64,000 nt of DNA from an uncultured Candidatus Saccharibacteria bacterium (GTDB lineage: Bacteria; Patescibacteriota; UBA1384; XYA2-FULL-43-10; 1-14-0-10-43-13), in contig CAZVMH010000001.1 in NCBI GenBank assembly GCA_964628585.1, positions 210 through 64,209 on the forward strand, written 5' to 3'. The notes below the pieces were generated by a model. The model ran no database searches. It was not told the origin of the DNA and worked only from the letters and a program-made list of their open reading frames with translations. The translations under genes were made by a program, and so were the position numbers. Below, in pieces: positions 39,256 to 49,483 of the stretch. Position 1 is the stretch's first letter. Every line of letters begins with the position of its first letter.

Positions 39256-39336
39256 AGGTTAAAAGTTTATAAGGTTTATAAGGATTATTGGTTCAGAACT
39301 TTACAAACTTTATGACTTTACAAACTTTATAAACTT
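39256..39336. repeat. Degenerate 8-9-mer tandem repeats in inverted arrangement
   Basis: AAAGTTTAT/AAGGTTTAT units facing ACTTTACA/AACTTTAT units between rpmI and rplT. Confidence 0.6.
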
Positions 39337-39517
39337 ACAAGTATGGTGCTAGTTCTTTAACTTTTTTAATATCGGCTCGGCTAACCTCAAGAGGCATCTT
39401 TGAGCGGGCTCTTTTATGAGTTAGAAGGTGGCTTCTTGAAGACTGCAATCGCAAAAGCTTGCCAGTTTTTGTGGCTCTTACTCTTTTGATAGTTGCTTTG
39501 TGTGTTTTTAATTTCAT
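39335..39517 (-). CDS. rpmI: 50S ribosomal protein L35
   Basis: KLKTHK, TKTGKLL, SHLL; between infC and rplT. Confidence 0.92.
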   Translation of the reverse strand: MKLKTHKATIKRVRATKTGKLLRLQSSRSHLLTHKRARSKMPLEVSRADIKKVKELAPYL

Positions 39518-40059
39518 GATTTTGGTTCTGTTACTGCGCTTGGTTTTTCTTTTTTTGCTGTTAACATTGCGGTAATTTGATTTCCACTCTTATAAGGTCT
39601 GCTTTCATAATCTAATCCTGCCATTTCGGCAAACTTCATAAATGTATCCATTGCCTGATCTGCAAAAATATTTTCTCGACCCCTAAGGCGCATTGAGACT
39701 TTAACCTGATCTCCATCATCAAAAAACTCTTTGGCGTTCTTTGCTTTGTACTCAAGGTCGTGGTCGCCAATTTTAGCAGTGAGGCGAATTTCTTTTAATT
39801 CGACAATTTTTTGCTTGGCTTTTTGCTCTTTCTGTTTTTTAGCCAAGTCATATTTATACTTACCAAAATCCATTATTTTGCAGATGGGTGGTCTGGCAGT
39901 AGGATTAATTTCAACTAAATCTAATCCGCGCTCGTGAGCCATAAATAGGGCCTGTTCTTTGGAAAACGACCCTAAATTTTGCCCGTCCTCATCTATTACA
40001 GCAAGTGGTGAGAAACGAATCTGGTAGTTAGCGCGAAGAAAAATGTCTTTCTTCTTGAT
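39514..40059 (-). CDS. infC: Translation initiation factor IF-3 (ATC start)
   Basis: Frame extends upstream of 39942 through RANYQIR..VIDEDGQNLG to an ATC 5 nt after AGGAG; PPICKIMDFGKYKY, LRGRE. Confidence 0.95.
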   Translation of the reverse strand: MKKKDIFLRANYQIRFSPLAVIDEDGQNLGSFSKEQALFMAHERGLDLVEINPTARPPICKIMDFGKYKYDLAKKQKEQKAKQKIVELKEIRLTAKIGDHDLEYKAKNAKEFFDDGDQVKVSMRLRGRENIFADQAMDTFMKFAEMAGLDYESRPYKSGNQITAMLTAKKEKPSAVTEPKS

Positions 40060-40137
40060 GATTACTCCTAATATGATAAATTATCATCACTATAATAGCA
40101 AAAAATTACCCTTTGGTCAACAATATTTAATCGGATT

Positions 40138-40971
40138 TTATTTACTTAGCGTTAAATACGCTTTTTGACCATTTAAAATATTGTTTGGGTCCCAATCGTG
40201 AATCGCATTAAATAAAGCATCAAAAGTATACCGAAAGTTTTCACCTTTTCTGGTCCCTGGGTCATTCGTGATAAATCCATTTTTATCGTATCCCTTTATC
40301 ACCAGCATATGATAGTTCGGCCCGCCATTTCTGAAATTGGGGTTTGGCAAGATTTTTCCAGCAGCTGGAATAATTACAGGATTTCCTTTGGTAATTTCTT
40401 TTTTAATATCTTCAACTGAAATATCCGTTTTTACTTTTCCTGTTAGATTGTAATAACTTTTTGCAATCGTATTGAGTTCATTTAAAGTTATACTGGGACC
40501 GTAACTGTTTTTTGTTTCGTAATCAATTAAATCTAAAATTTCTTTTTCCGCCTCATTTTTAGAACCAACGCTGGTTTTATTGAGATAATGAGCAACCATT
40601 ATTATACTTGCCTCCTCACAAGCATCTTCTTGTGTCGCATCCCAGACGGCTAGAGGAGACTGGGTCGTAAAGGACATTTTAATTAGAGCACTTGTTGGCG
40701 GTAGATCGCTTTTTGCCTCTACTGGTGGTGCAACGTCAGCAGTATCAATAGTAGTTTCTTTATTAATTATCGGAGGTGTTTCTTCTAAGGGTTCTTCAAT
40801 TTTTGGAATATCCTGAACTGATTTCTCGGCATTTTTTATCTCATTTTTTTCTGCCCAGGAGCTTCTGTATGAATAAGCCACGTAAGAAAGCACAACAATA
40901 ATTACCAAAAAAACAATAATTCTCCAAAATCGTCCGCTCAATATCTTTTCATTATTAAAATAAATTTTCAT
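40138..40971 (-). CDS. Membrane-anchored C39-like peptidase family protein
   Basis: TM; Q..DACEEAS (Cys), YHMLVIKGYD (His), ITNDPG (Asp). Confidence 0.85.
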   Translation of the reverse strand: MKIYFNNEKILSGRFWRIIVFLVIIVVLSYVAYSYRSSWAEKNEIKNAEKSVQDIPKIEEPLEETPPIINKETTIDTADVAPPVEAKSDLPPTSALIKMSFTTQSPLAVWDATQEDACEEASIIMVAHYLNKTSVGSKNEAEKEILDLIDYETKNSYGPSITLNELNTIAKSYYNLTGKVKTDISVEDIKKEITKGNPVIIPAAGKILPNPNFRNGGPNYHMLVIKGYDKNGFITNDPGTRKGENFRYTFDALFNAIHDWDPNNILNGQKAYLTLSK

Positions 40972-42220
40972 TTTTTACAAATTTCATCATATAATTTTTT
41001 TGACTCTCTGATTGATTCGTTTACTCCGCGATCCTCAGGATAAATATGCGCCATGGTGAGAGAAAAAACATTTTTAAATCTTGTTTGATATTTAATGGTT
41101 TGGTAATTTTTTATATTAATTGGTTGAGCGTATTTGTCTTTGAAAACCAGTGTTGTTGCTATATCTAAATTAATTTGAGGAAATTTTTCTTTAAGATAAT
41201 TTATCCATTCACAGGAAAGATTTTCATTCTTCTTTTTAAAATCTGGATCATGGGGTGAACAATATTTTGAGAGATATAATAAATTATAACCAGAATAACG
41301 ATTCTTATTAACTAAGTTGGTGTGCTCGATAATACAGACAAAAGGGATTTTTTTCTCTAAAATATTTATCCAATAATATGGTGAAAGATTTTGTTTACAA
41401 AGAATTAAAACGCAGATGACACCCAGATATTTATTCTGAATCACGATTTCTTTATTTGAAATTTGATTCAATTCTTCATTTGCAACAGTTGAGATAACTT
41501 TATCAAATTTCTTTCGATCAATCAAAAGTAAATTATCAATTTCTTTTAATTGGCCGACTCGATAGTTTGTAACTATTTTGCCACCATTTTCTAGAATCTC
41601 TTTTTCGAGTGAATCAATTAAAACTTTGAAACCGCCTTCAATATATCCGATTTTATTATTTAATATGGTTGAACATTTTTTTTAATTCTACTAATAAACC
41701 AGGGCGCCCCAACCTTGTTTGAATATTTTCCGAATTTTTTCTCCATCAATATGCCCCAAAGTTTATTCCAATTCTCTTTACCCAGAATTGAATCAAACAG
41801 TTCTTTGGCGGTCAGTCTATTAAAGAAAGAAGTGGGAAGGCAAAGTAAGATCAAGTTTCCAAAAATAAATCTCATGCGCGAGAAAATAGAGATTGGTCTG
41901 TATCGCATAGAATCAGATAGAGAGGAATAGGGGTATATTTTATTCCAAAAAAAATTGGCGGTTTTTGTTTTTTGCCAGCGAATTTTATCTAGAAGGCCCA
42001 ATTCAGTCAAAAGACCAATTAAATGATTGTCACAAGAAAAAAAATGATGATAGTACTTTTCTACATATTTATTTTTTCCAATATTTATTGATTCTAAAAA
42101 TCCGCCCAATGCTTTATTCTTTTCAAAAATGGTGACGGTAAATCCAGCCTTGCTTAAATAAAATCCGATTACGAGACCGCTTATTCCGCCACCAATAATA
42201 GCGATTTTCTTGCCAATCAC
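40968..42220 (-). pseudogene. FAD-dependent oxidoreductase (protoporphyrinogen/amine oxidase-like), frameshifted at an A8 tract
   Basis: IIGGGISGL and EKYYHH in the 5' part; after T8 at 41676-41683 another frame continues GYIEGGFKVLIDSL..FDKVISTV..IYPEDRGVN. Confidence 0.8.
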
Positions 42221-42984
42221 AAAAACCCCTCTTTTTTGTCAATAACATATAGAGGTCTATTTTTGTTGAAATAAACATCAGGCAAGATCGAAAACACGAT
42301 GCATGCATTAATAGCCAGTTTAATCATTTTGTAAATAGAATAGTGAGATTTTCCGGCTACTCTTTTTTGCCGATCAATTAGGATTTGAGTTTGACTCAAA
42401 TTAAATTGACATATTTGACCACGCAAAAATAGAGTTGAATTTTTTATCTTTAACACTTTATCTATTGCTTTTCGATCCAATAAATAGAAATCGCCAACAT
42501 CAGAAATTATTTTTGAACGAGAAATAATCGAAAGCAGGCGATAAAAAAGAATAGCACTTACTTTTTTAAAAATACTGTCATCACGCGTTTTTCTTTTAGC
42601 AAAGATGATTTTATAACCATCTTTCCATTTTCTTATCATTCTCGGAATAATTTCTGGCGGATCTTGTAAATCGCAATCCAAAACAACAGCACAATTGCCA
42701 TTACAGTGGGCCAGTCCGGCCATAATTGCTGCTTGTTGTCCAAAATTACGACAAAAATTTATAATTTTTATGTTTCTATTTTTTAACTGGGCCAATCTAA
42801 TTTCTTTGATTGTATGATCGGTAGAGCCATCGTTAACCAAAATAATTTCATAAGAAAATTGACTAACTGTCTTTATTAGTTTTTCGATAAATTTTTTGAT
42901 AGATTTTTCTTCGTTGAAAACAGGAGAAATTATGCTTACAAGAGATGCTTTTGAAACTCTATTTTTTATTGATTGAGATTTCAT
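42217..42984 (-). CDS. Glycosyltransferase family 2 (polyprenol-phosphate glycosyltransferase-like)
   Basis: SIISPVFNEE, VNDGSTD, RNFGQQAA, DCDLQDPPE. Confidence 0.92.
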   Translation of the reverse strand: MKSQSIKNRVSKASLVSIISPVFNEEKSIKKFIEKLIKTVSQFSYEIILVNDGSTDHTIKEIRLAQLKNRNIKIINFCRNFGQQAAIMAGLAHCNGNCAVVLDCDLQDPPEIIPRMIRKWKDGYKIIFAKRKTRDDSIFKKVSAILFYRLLSIISRSKIISDVGDFYLLDRKAIDKVLKIKNSTLFLRGQICQFNLSQTQILIDRQKRVAGKSHYSIYKMIKLAINACIVFSILPDVYFNKNRPLYVIDKKEGFL

Positions 42985-43036
42985 TTGAGTATATAATTAA
43001 GCTAACATACGATCATAAAAAAATAAACACAAACGC

Positions 43037-45922
43037 ATGAACGAAAAAACAAAAAGGCGCGCCACTTTAGATTTGGCTCGAGGAGTAGCGATTTTTTTAA
43101 TGATCTTGGCTCACTCGGTTTATTTCTTTCATGATTACTCAAATTTTGTTCTAAAAGGTTTAGAGAAGGCAGGAAATAGCGTTTGTTTTGTTGCTTTTTT
43201 GCTGTTGTCTGGAACGGTTTCTTGTATCGCATATCTTCAAAAAGAAGATGAACCTAAAAAAAGAATTTTAAGACGTCTAATGGTGCTCGTTCTCGGATAC
43301 TATTTATTAGCTTTTTTTGTACTAATCAAAGATTTTTCCACTGCTTCTGAGCTTTCGAGATTAAAACTCTTTGTTGATGTGATCTCGTTTAGAAATTTGC
43401 CTTCTTATACAGAGTATATTCCGCCCTTCATTGTGTTCTCTGCCCTAATACTTTTGTTTAGGACTGAACTTAAAAAAATCTCACAACGACTCTCTTTAAC
43501 GCTTATGGTGTCTGCCTTGAGCTATGTCTTTGGTAGTATTTTGTATCGCATTTCTGTTCCGAACAGCATCGTTCCCTGGAAGGCTTTCTTTGTTGGTGTT
43601 GATGGTTTTTATCGCTTTCCAATTTTGCAATATTTGCCTATCTTCCTCATTGGTCTTTATTGGGGGAATATTCTTTGCGATAGTGAAATATCAGAAAAAG
43701 AGAAAAAACGTTTTTCTCTTGATGCGAGTGCAATTTTTATTACCGCCATTATTTTATTTGCATCGATAGGAAATTTTTCCAATATTGGCTATGCAGAGCT
43801 TTTTCGACGCTGGCCACCCTCAATCAGTTTTCTCTTTGTTGGACTTGCTTTTATTTTTGGACTCATATATCTAATTCAGAAGTTGAATGATTTTGGAAAA
43901 TACCCCCTTCTAAAAGATTTCTTTTTAGTTCTGGGCCAGAATGCTTTTGCTCTTTTCTGGACTCATATTTTTGTTTTAAGTTTTTACCAAATGGCGGGTG
44001 GAGCAAAAGTAGATTCATTATTTTTATTTATGGTTTTGTTTATTCTTGTAATTGTTACCTCTCTGGCCTTATCCACCTTTATCCCATTTAATTTTAAATG
44101 GGGCTTGAACCTATTTCGTAAATCAGAAGAACTGCAAATTTTTGAAAATGAACCAGTGGTTGCCCTCGGAAATGAGGCTCTTCTTGAAACAAAAAAGGAA
44201 TATTCCCTTTTGAAAAAATTTTTTTTTCCAGTTGATGACAAATCTTTACGAAAGAAACGACTGATCAAAAAACGTCATATTCTAGGTATATCTTTGATTG
44301 TATTTTTTCTTTCAATCGGAACTATCTCCAGCGTTAAAGAGGGGATTGATACTAAAATCAAATCTGTTCAACCAGTCAATTGGTGGAATGAAAAGTACGC
44401 CTTTGCAGAACAAATTTCAATCAAAAACAACGAATCCTTTTTAACCATAAAACAAGGTCAATACCTATCCTTTGTTTTTAACCACCAAGAGATGGTGGAC
44501 AAGAAAAAAGCAACTCTAGCTGGTTCTGATTATAAAATAGTTTATTGGAACGGCAAAAAATTCTTTGAAGATGAGTCATATTTCGAAAAAATTTCTGATA
44601 AAGAGGGAAAAATTACTTTCAAGATTCTTGACGAAATTAATAACAATCACGAAATAAACAACTATTATTTATATAGTGGCAATCCCTTCTCAGAAACGTT
44701 GGTAAAACGAACAATACCCGAATCTTGGTCTTATAAATATTTGACTCGATTTTCGAAAAGTTTAAGTCATCCATATCTTGCGACATTCGGACGACAATGG
44801 TATTTAAGGGGCATCGACAAAGAAATCACGCTTTCTTTCGACCCAGAAAATGCTGATATTCTTGACGCTTACTACATTATAATGCCAACTAAAGAAAAGG
44901 GTCCTTTGAATAAAATGGCTGGCGGGAAATGGCAAGCGAGTATAAATGTTTCAGCATTAAAATCGGGCAGATACGAAGTACAAATTATCGCTAGTAATAA
45001 CGAAAACGAGTATAAGAGCAATAAGACGGGGTTCATGCTTTCAGATCCGATATATGTTGCATGGACTCAAGATTGGGAGGGATATGATGTTTCCGACCAA
45101 TATCTAAGAGCAATGTCTGACATTTCAAGAAAGTATAGTTTGCCTATGACTCATTTTTTTAACCCAAGAATATATATTACGGATGACATTTCCCCCGTTA
45201 GGGCGGATAAATTAACTAGCTGGATCAGAGAACGAAATATTGTGAATGGTGAAGCAATCGGAATGCATCTTCATATGTTTCACGATCTTGTTTCTAATGC
45301 TGGAGTAACAGTTAAAAATGGTCCGAATTGGGGCGATAGGGGCGATGGCTATGGCTCTCTCACAACCAATTATTCTGAGACAGAAATACAAAAAATTATT
45401 GAATATTCTCTCTCCTTATTCAATAAAAATGGACTTTTAAAGCCGACCGCTTATCGATGTGGTGGATGGTTTTGTAATGTTGAAACACTAAAAGCGCTTC
45501 AAAATACAGGATTTCTGGTCGATAGCTCTGGCAGAACGAAGTATTCTTTTGGTTCAAATAATCTTCCTGGCAATTGGGATTTATTGCCGACAACTCTTCC
45601 ATATTATCCCTCTAATCTCAATCAAAATACTAGTGGTACTATACAAGACACAATTAATATTTTGGAAATTCCGAACAATGGAGCGGATTCTTACTGGTTT
45701 TCGTCGACCGATATGATTGCCCGATTTAAAGAAAATTACAATACTCCTATATTAAGCGAAAAAAAACAGGTTACTTTTTTGACTCATCCTCACTGGTTCA
45801 ATGAAAAAGAACAGCAAAAAATTACTGATCTTTTCAATTATGTAGATAACTATTCATATAATAACGATAGCGGACCGGTAGTTTATGCAACATCTAACGA
45901 CATTTATAAAGTATTTAAATAA
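43037..45922 (+). CDS. Fusion of membrane acyltransferase-like (DUF1624/OpgC-like) domain, beta-rich linker and CE4-like polysaccharide deacetylase
   Basis: LDLARGVAIFLMILAH, WPPS, LGQNAFALFWTH; C-terminal TQDWEG, GMHLH, YRCGGW, THPHW. Confidence 0.75.
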   Translation: MNEKTKRRATLDLARGVAIFLMILAHSVYFFHDYSNFVLKGLEKAGNSVCFVAFLLLSGTVSCIAYLQKEDEPKKRILRRLMVLVLGYYLLAFFVLIKDFSTASELSRLKLFVDVISFRNLPSYTEYIPPFIVFSALILLFRTELKKISQRLSLTLMVSALSYVFGSILYRISVPNSIVPWKAFFVGVDGFYRFPILQYLPIFLIGLYWGNILCDSEISEKEKKRFSLDASAIFITAIILFASIGNFSNIGYAELFRRWPPSISFLFVGLAFIFGLIYLIQKLNDFGKYPLLKDFFLVLGQNAFALFWTHIFVLSFYQMAGGAKVDSLFLFMVLFILVIVTSLALSTFIPFNFKWGLNLFRKSEELQIFENEPVVALGNEALLETKKEYSLLKKFFFPVDDKSLRKKRLIKKRHILGISLIVFFLSIGTISSVKEGIDTKIKSVQPVNWWNEKYAFAEQISIKNNESFLTIKQGQYLSFVFNHQEMVDKKKATLAGSDYKIVYWNGKKFFEDESYFEKISDKEGKITFKILDEINNNHEINNYYLYSGNPFSETLVKRTIPESWSYKYLTRFSKSLSHPYLATFGRQWYLRGIDKEITLSFDPENADILDAYYIIMPTKEKGPLNKMAGGKWQASINVSALKSGRYEVQIIASNNENEYKSNKTGFMLSDPIYVAWTQDWEGYDVSDQYLRAMSDISRKYSLPMTHFFNPRIYITDDISPVRADKLTSWIRERNIVNGEAIGMHLHMFHDLVSNAGVTVKNGPNWGDRGDGYGSLTTNYSETEIQKIIEYSLSLFNKNGLLKPTAYRCGGWFCNVETLKALQNTGFLVDSSGRTKYSFGSNNLPGNWDLLPTTLPYYPSNLNQNTSGTIQDTINILEIPNNGADSYWFSSTDMIARFKENYNTPILSEKKQVTFLTHPHWFNEKEQQKITDLFNYVDNYSYNNDSGPVVYATSNDIYKVFK

Positions 45923-48011
45923 CCTTCTTCTGTCCCGAATTTCTTTTCGCTGGTTTTTAGATTTCAAGAACGATTTGGTCGTTTTTTTGCTTGATTATAA
46001 TACTCTTACAATTATTTTTGTCTTTTTTGTATTACTTTTAGTTGCAACCTTTTATTATTTTTTATCTGTAAAAAGAAATAAGAACGCAAACCATAAAGTT
46101 AAAGTGATATATAAGTTATTAAAGTTTGGTCTCGCATTTTTTGGTCTTGTAATTTTATTTTCAGTTGCTGGGGGAGTCATTGCCTCGCCGAAAATTGCTT
46201 CACCTAAAGATCCTTCGCTTGGTGTCTCGGTAATTTCACGCGATAACCCAGTCATTCTTGAGTTTGATCGTCCGATAAAAAAAAGCAGTCTCAAATATTC
46301 AATTGCTCCCGAGGTAAAAGGCAATTGGATCATCAAGCAAAATTATATAACTGGTCAATCGAAGTTGATTTTTGTTCCGACTGATACGCTCTTGCTTGAT
46401 ACAAGATATACTGTTCTGGCCGAAGGGATTCAAAATATTTTTAGTCAAAAAAATAATTATATGTTTTCTTTTCAGACTCCGCCAAAACCAACTGTAATAG
46501 CTGTGACACCACCTGATGGAGACGATGGTATTGCGCCTGATCAAGAAATAATTGTTCAAACAAAGGATTATTACCTAGATTATTTTCAAAATGAGCAAGT
46601 GCTTTTGGATTTTGAGATATCGCCCGCTGTTCCACTGGAAAAAATTTTTTTAGGAGATAATAAATTTAGTCTGAAGCCAAAAGAAAATTTTCAAAAAGGA
46701 ACGCAGTATACATTTACGGTCAATTCAACCATATATCAAAGAGACTATGCCGCTTCTGTCAACACCGAGTTGGAAGCAGAAAAAGAAGTTTGGCGCAGTA
46801 CATTCACGATAACTCAAGCATCCGGTGTAAAAAAATATTCTCCAATGGGAAGCAATGTGATGCCGGATACCTCAATCAGAATAGAATTTAAACAAGATAT
46901 GGATGTAACTAGTGCCGAAGCAGCTTTTTCTATCGAACCGAAAATTGAAGGATCTTTTTATTGGGAGGGAAATCGTGTAATAACATTTAGGCCTAACGTT
47001 TCTATGACTAAAAATACTAAACATACTGTAAAAATTTCAAATCAAGCCAAGACTTGGGATGGAAAGAATATGGAGGAGGCGCTTTCCTTTTCTTTTTCTA
47101 CAATTGGGTACGTGACTATAAGTAGCGTTTCTCCTGTGAACAACGCCAAAAACGTTTTAATTTCTTCGAAAATTAAAATTGTATTTAATCAACCAGTTGA
47201 TCATAATAGTGCCGAGAAGAATATTAGTTTTAACCCTGGTATTGACGGATCATTTTCTTGGTCAAATAACACGTTGGAATTTGTGCCAAAAAGTCTTAGC
47301 TATAATCAAAAATATCAAATTAATCTTGCTGCTGGTATCATTACTGTTTACGGACTTGATTCAAACCAAAACTTTGCTTATTCCTTTACAACCCAAAATC
47401 AGTCGATCTCTCTTGCCGTTCCGTCATATAAGCAGTCTCATATGTATTCCTGTATGGCAACTGCCGCTCGTTCTGCTCTAGCCTTCAAGGGTGTATTAGC
47501 CTCGGAGGATTCGATTTTAAGCCGTATAGGCTACGATACCACAACGTGGTCTGGTAGCTGGAATGAAGCAGGCTCTACTTGGGGCGATCCCGATATTGGA
47601 ATTGTTGGAGACATTGATGGCAAGGCCAATAACATTGGTTGGGGCTATGGTTCCTACTGGAATCCGGTAGTAAATGCAATTGGTTCCTATGGCAAAACGG
47701 CCGATCTTAAATCAGGATGGAGTGTTCAGGGGGTTGCCTCCGAAATATCTGCTGGCAATCCAATCATAGTTTGGTGGGTTAATGGGGTTTGGCCTGCTTA
47801 TGAGCTGACTTGGTACAAAAATGGAAAAAAGATTAGAGCAGTTAACTCAATGCACGTTCAGACGGTTAAGGGTTTTACCGGTACAGTCGATAATCCTTTA
47901 AGTTTTACCGTTACGGACTCTGGCTATGGTTACCCTTCTCAAACCTTTGATACTGCAAGTTTTAAGGCCAAATGGTCCTGGTTTAACAATACTGCTATTG
48001 TGGTTAAATAG
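45885..48011 (+). CDS. Membrane-anchored protein with Ig-like (Big_5) repeats and C-terminal C39-like peptidase
   Basis: Repeated IxFxxPxD...YTV...FSFxT units; YKQSHMYSC, MHVQTVKGF, VTDSG; start uncertain. Confidence 0.8.
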   Translation: MQHLTTFIKYLNNLLLSRISFRWFLDFKNDLVVFLLDYNTLTIIFVFFVLLLVATFYYFLSVKRNKNANHKVKVIYKLLKFGLAFFGLVILFSVAGGVIASPKIASPKDPSLGVSVISRDNPVILEFDRPIKKSSLKYSIAPEVKGNWIIKQNYITGQSKLIFVPTDTLLLDTRYTVLAEGIQNIFSQKNNYMFSFQTPPKPTVIAVTPPDGDDGIAPDQEIIVQTKDYYLDYFQNEQVLLDFEISPAVPLEKIFLGDNKFSLKPKENFQKGTQYTFTVNSTIYQRDYAASVNTELEAEKEVWRSTFTITQASGVKKYSPMGSNVMPDTSIRIEFKQDMDVTSAEAAFSIEPKIEGSFYWEGNRVITFRPNVSMTKNTKHTVKISNQAKTWDGKNMEEALSFSFSTIGYVTISSVSPVNNAKNVLISSKIKIVFNQPVDHNSAEKNISFNPGIDGSFSWSNNTLEFVPKSLSYNQKYQINLAAGIITVYGLDSNQNFAYSFTTQNQSISLAVPSYKQSHMYSCMATAARSALAFKGVLASEDSILSRIGYDTTTWSGSWNEAGSTWGDPDIGIVGDIDGKANNIGWGYGSYWNPVVNAIGSYGKTADLKSGWSVQGVASEISAGNPIIVWWVNGVWPAYELTWYKNGKKIRAVNSMHVQTVKGFTGTVDNPLSFTVTDSGYGYPSQTFDTASFKAKWSWFNNTAIVVK

Positions 48012-49446
48012 GTCGTTTGTATATTACTAGCCCACTTTGTTTAAAAGTTTTCTCAACTGAGAAATTACTTAATATATATTTCTGCAGTTCCTTTGCGTAT
48101 GCATAATCAAGATTTATGGGCCAAAGAACTATAGTATCTAGATTTGAGTTTAAATCCTCAATTGTTTTTTCTTCTGATTGCTCAGTGGTGTTATTTATTT
48201 CAGTGATGTAAAGATACTTGTTCAATCTTTTTTTATCACTGTTGAAATAAAAAATAATAAATTGATTTTCGGCCAATATGTATTTGCTCCTATTGTCTTC
48301 TAAGTAATGATCAATTTTTATGTATTCCTGATATTGTGGCCAATATTGATTCTGAAATCGCCAAAAATATAACTTGAAGTTGCCCCAAATATTAAAAAAT
48401 AAGATAATCGCAATTAATAAAGTGGCCCATTTACTCATGTAATAATAAGTAAAATTAATAAATATAGCCGCGAACAAGCACAATGCCGGCAAGATTTGTA
48501 TCCAGTAGTGTTCATAATGACGAACAAAGAAAAAAGGAATTGGTAAAAAAAGCATTAATAATAAAAAAAATCTTATTTTTTGTGCTATTAATTTTTTTGA
48601 AATAATTATTCCAGCAATAGCAAATAACCATAATGGGAAAGTGTGAATAATTAAATTAATGACGAGCTTTATTACAAATAAAATTGGTTCTTTAGGGTAA
48701 TTTGTAAAATTATAGAATATTGCCTGTTTTATAAACTGATCAAAATTTTTATTAAGAACAAACCAAAATGTCAGAAGCACAGCACAAAAAAATACAACTA
48801 GGAAAAATATAATTTTTCCTTTTCTGTTTGATCTATTTATAAAAGCGTAAAGCAGAGCAATCCCGCTCAAAAAACCAGTTTGTTTAATAAAAACAAACAA
48901 GAAAAAAATGACTCCCCGATAAATTGAATTTGTATAATTGGATTTGTTTGCTAATACCAGATACATTGAAATTGAAACCAAAAGAGCTAAAATTGGTTCT
49001 GCAAGGATACGGTTGCCCTGAAATAAAGGAATTGCGCCTAAATATAAGATCATGCCAATATACCCAGTATTTTTTTTGATCAGATTGCCCGATTTAAGAA
49101 CGAAGATTGAAGTTATACAGTTAATTATCAAAAAAATAATTCGAAAGCCAAATGGACTTTTGATAAAATGAGTAAAAAAAGAAAGGAAAAAATAAATCCC
49201 CGGGGGTTTATGATCAAAAAAATCGGCATAGGGTAAAAGATAATTTTTCAAACCTGAAGCAATTACTAAAAAAACGCCTTCATCTTGCCCAATCTGCTCG
49301 AAAATTGCTAAAACATTACTAGAAATTACTACAAAAAAAATAAGAACCCACAAAAAAATTTTAAAAAGGAGGAAGGTGTCTAGATTTTTTTTTACTTCCT
49401 TTTCGGCTGGGGATATTGAAGAAGATTTCATTGGAGCAACTAACAA
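48004..49446 (-). CDS. GT-C (ArnT/PMT-like) glycosyltransferase
   Basis: QDEG, PYADFFDHKPPG, IKQTG, HYWIQILP; start uncertain. Confidence 0.85.
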   Translation of the reverse strand: MLVAPMKSSSISPAEKEVKKNLDTFLLFKIFLWVLIFFVVISSNVLAIFEQIGQDEGVFLVIASGLKNYLLPYADFFDHKPPGIYFFLSFFTHFIKSPFGFRIIFLIINCITSIFVLKSGNLIKKNTGYIGMILYLGAIPLFQGNRILAEPILALLVSISMYLVLANKSNYTNSIYRGVIFFLFVFIKQTGFLSGIALLYAFINRSNRKGKIIFFLVVFFCAVLLTFWFVLNKNFDQFIKQAIFYNFTNYPKEPILFVIKLVINLIIHTFPLWLFAIAGIIISKKLIAQKIRFFLLLMLFLPIPFFFVRHYEHYWIQILPALCLFAAIFINFTYYYMSKWATLLIAIILFFNIWGNFKLYFWRFQNQYWPQYQEYIKIDHYLEDNRSKYILAENQFIIFYFNSDKKRLNKYLYITEINNTTEQSEEKTIEDLNSNLDTIVLWPINLDYAYAKELQKYILSNFSVEKTFKQSGLVIYKRPI

Positions 49447-49483
49447 ACAGGAAATAGGAAATTTAGCACTATTCTGGTCTGAC

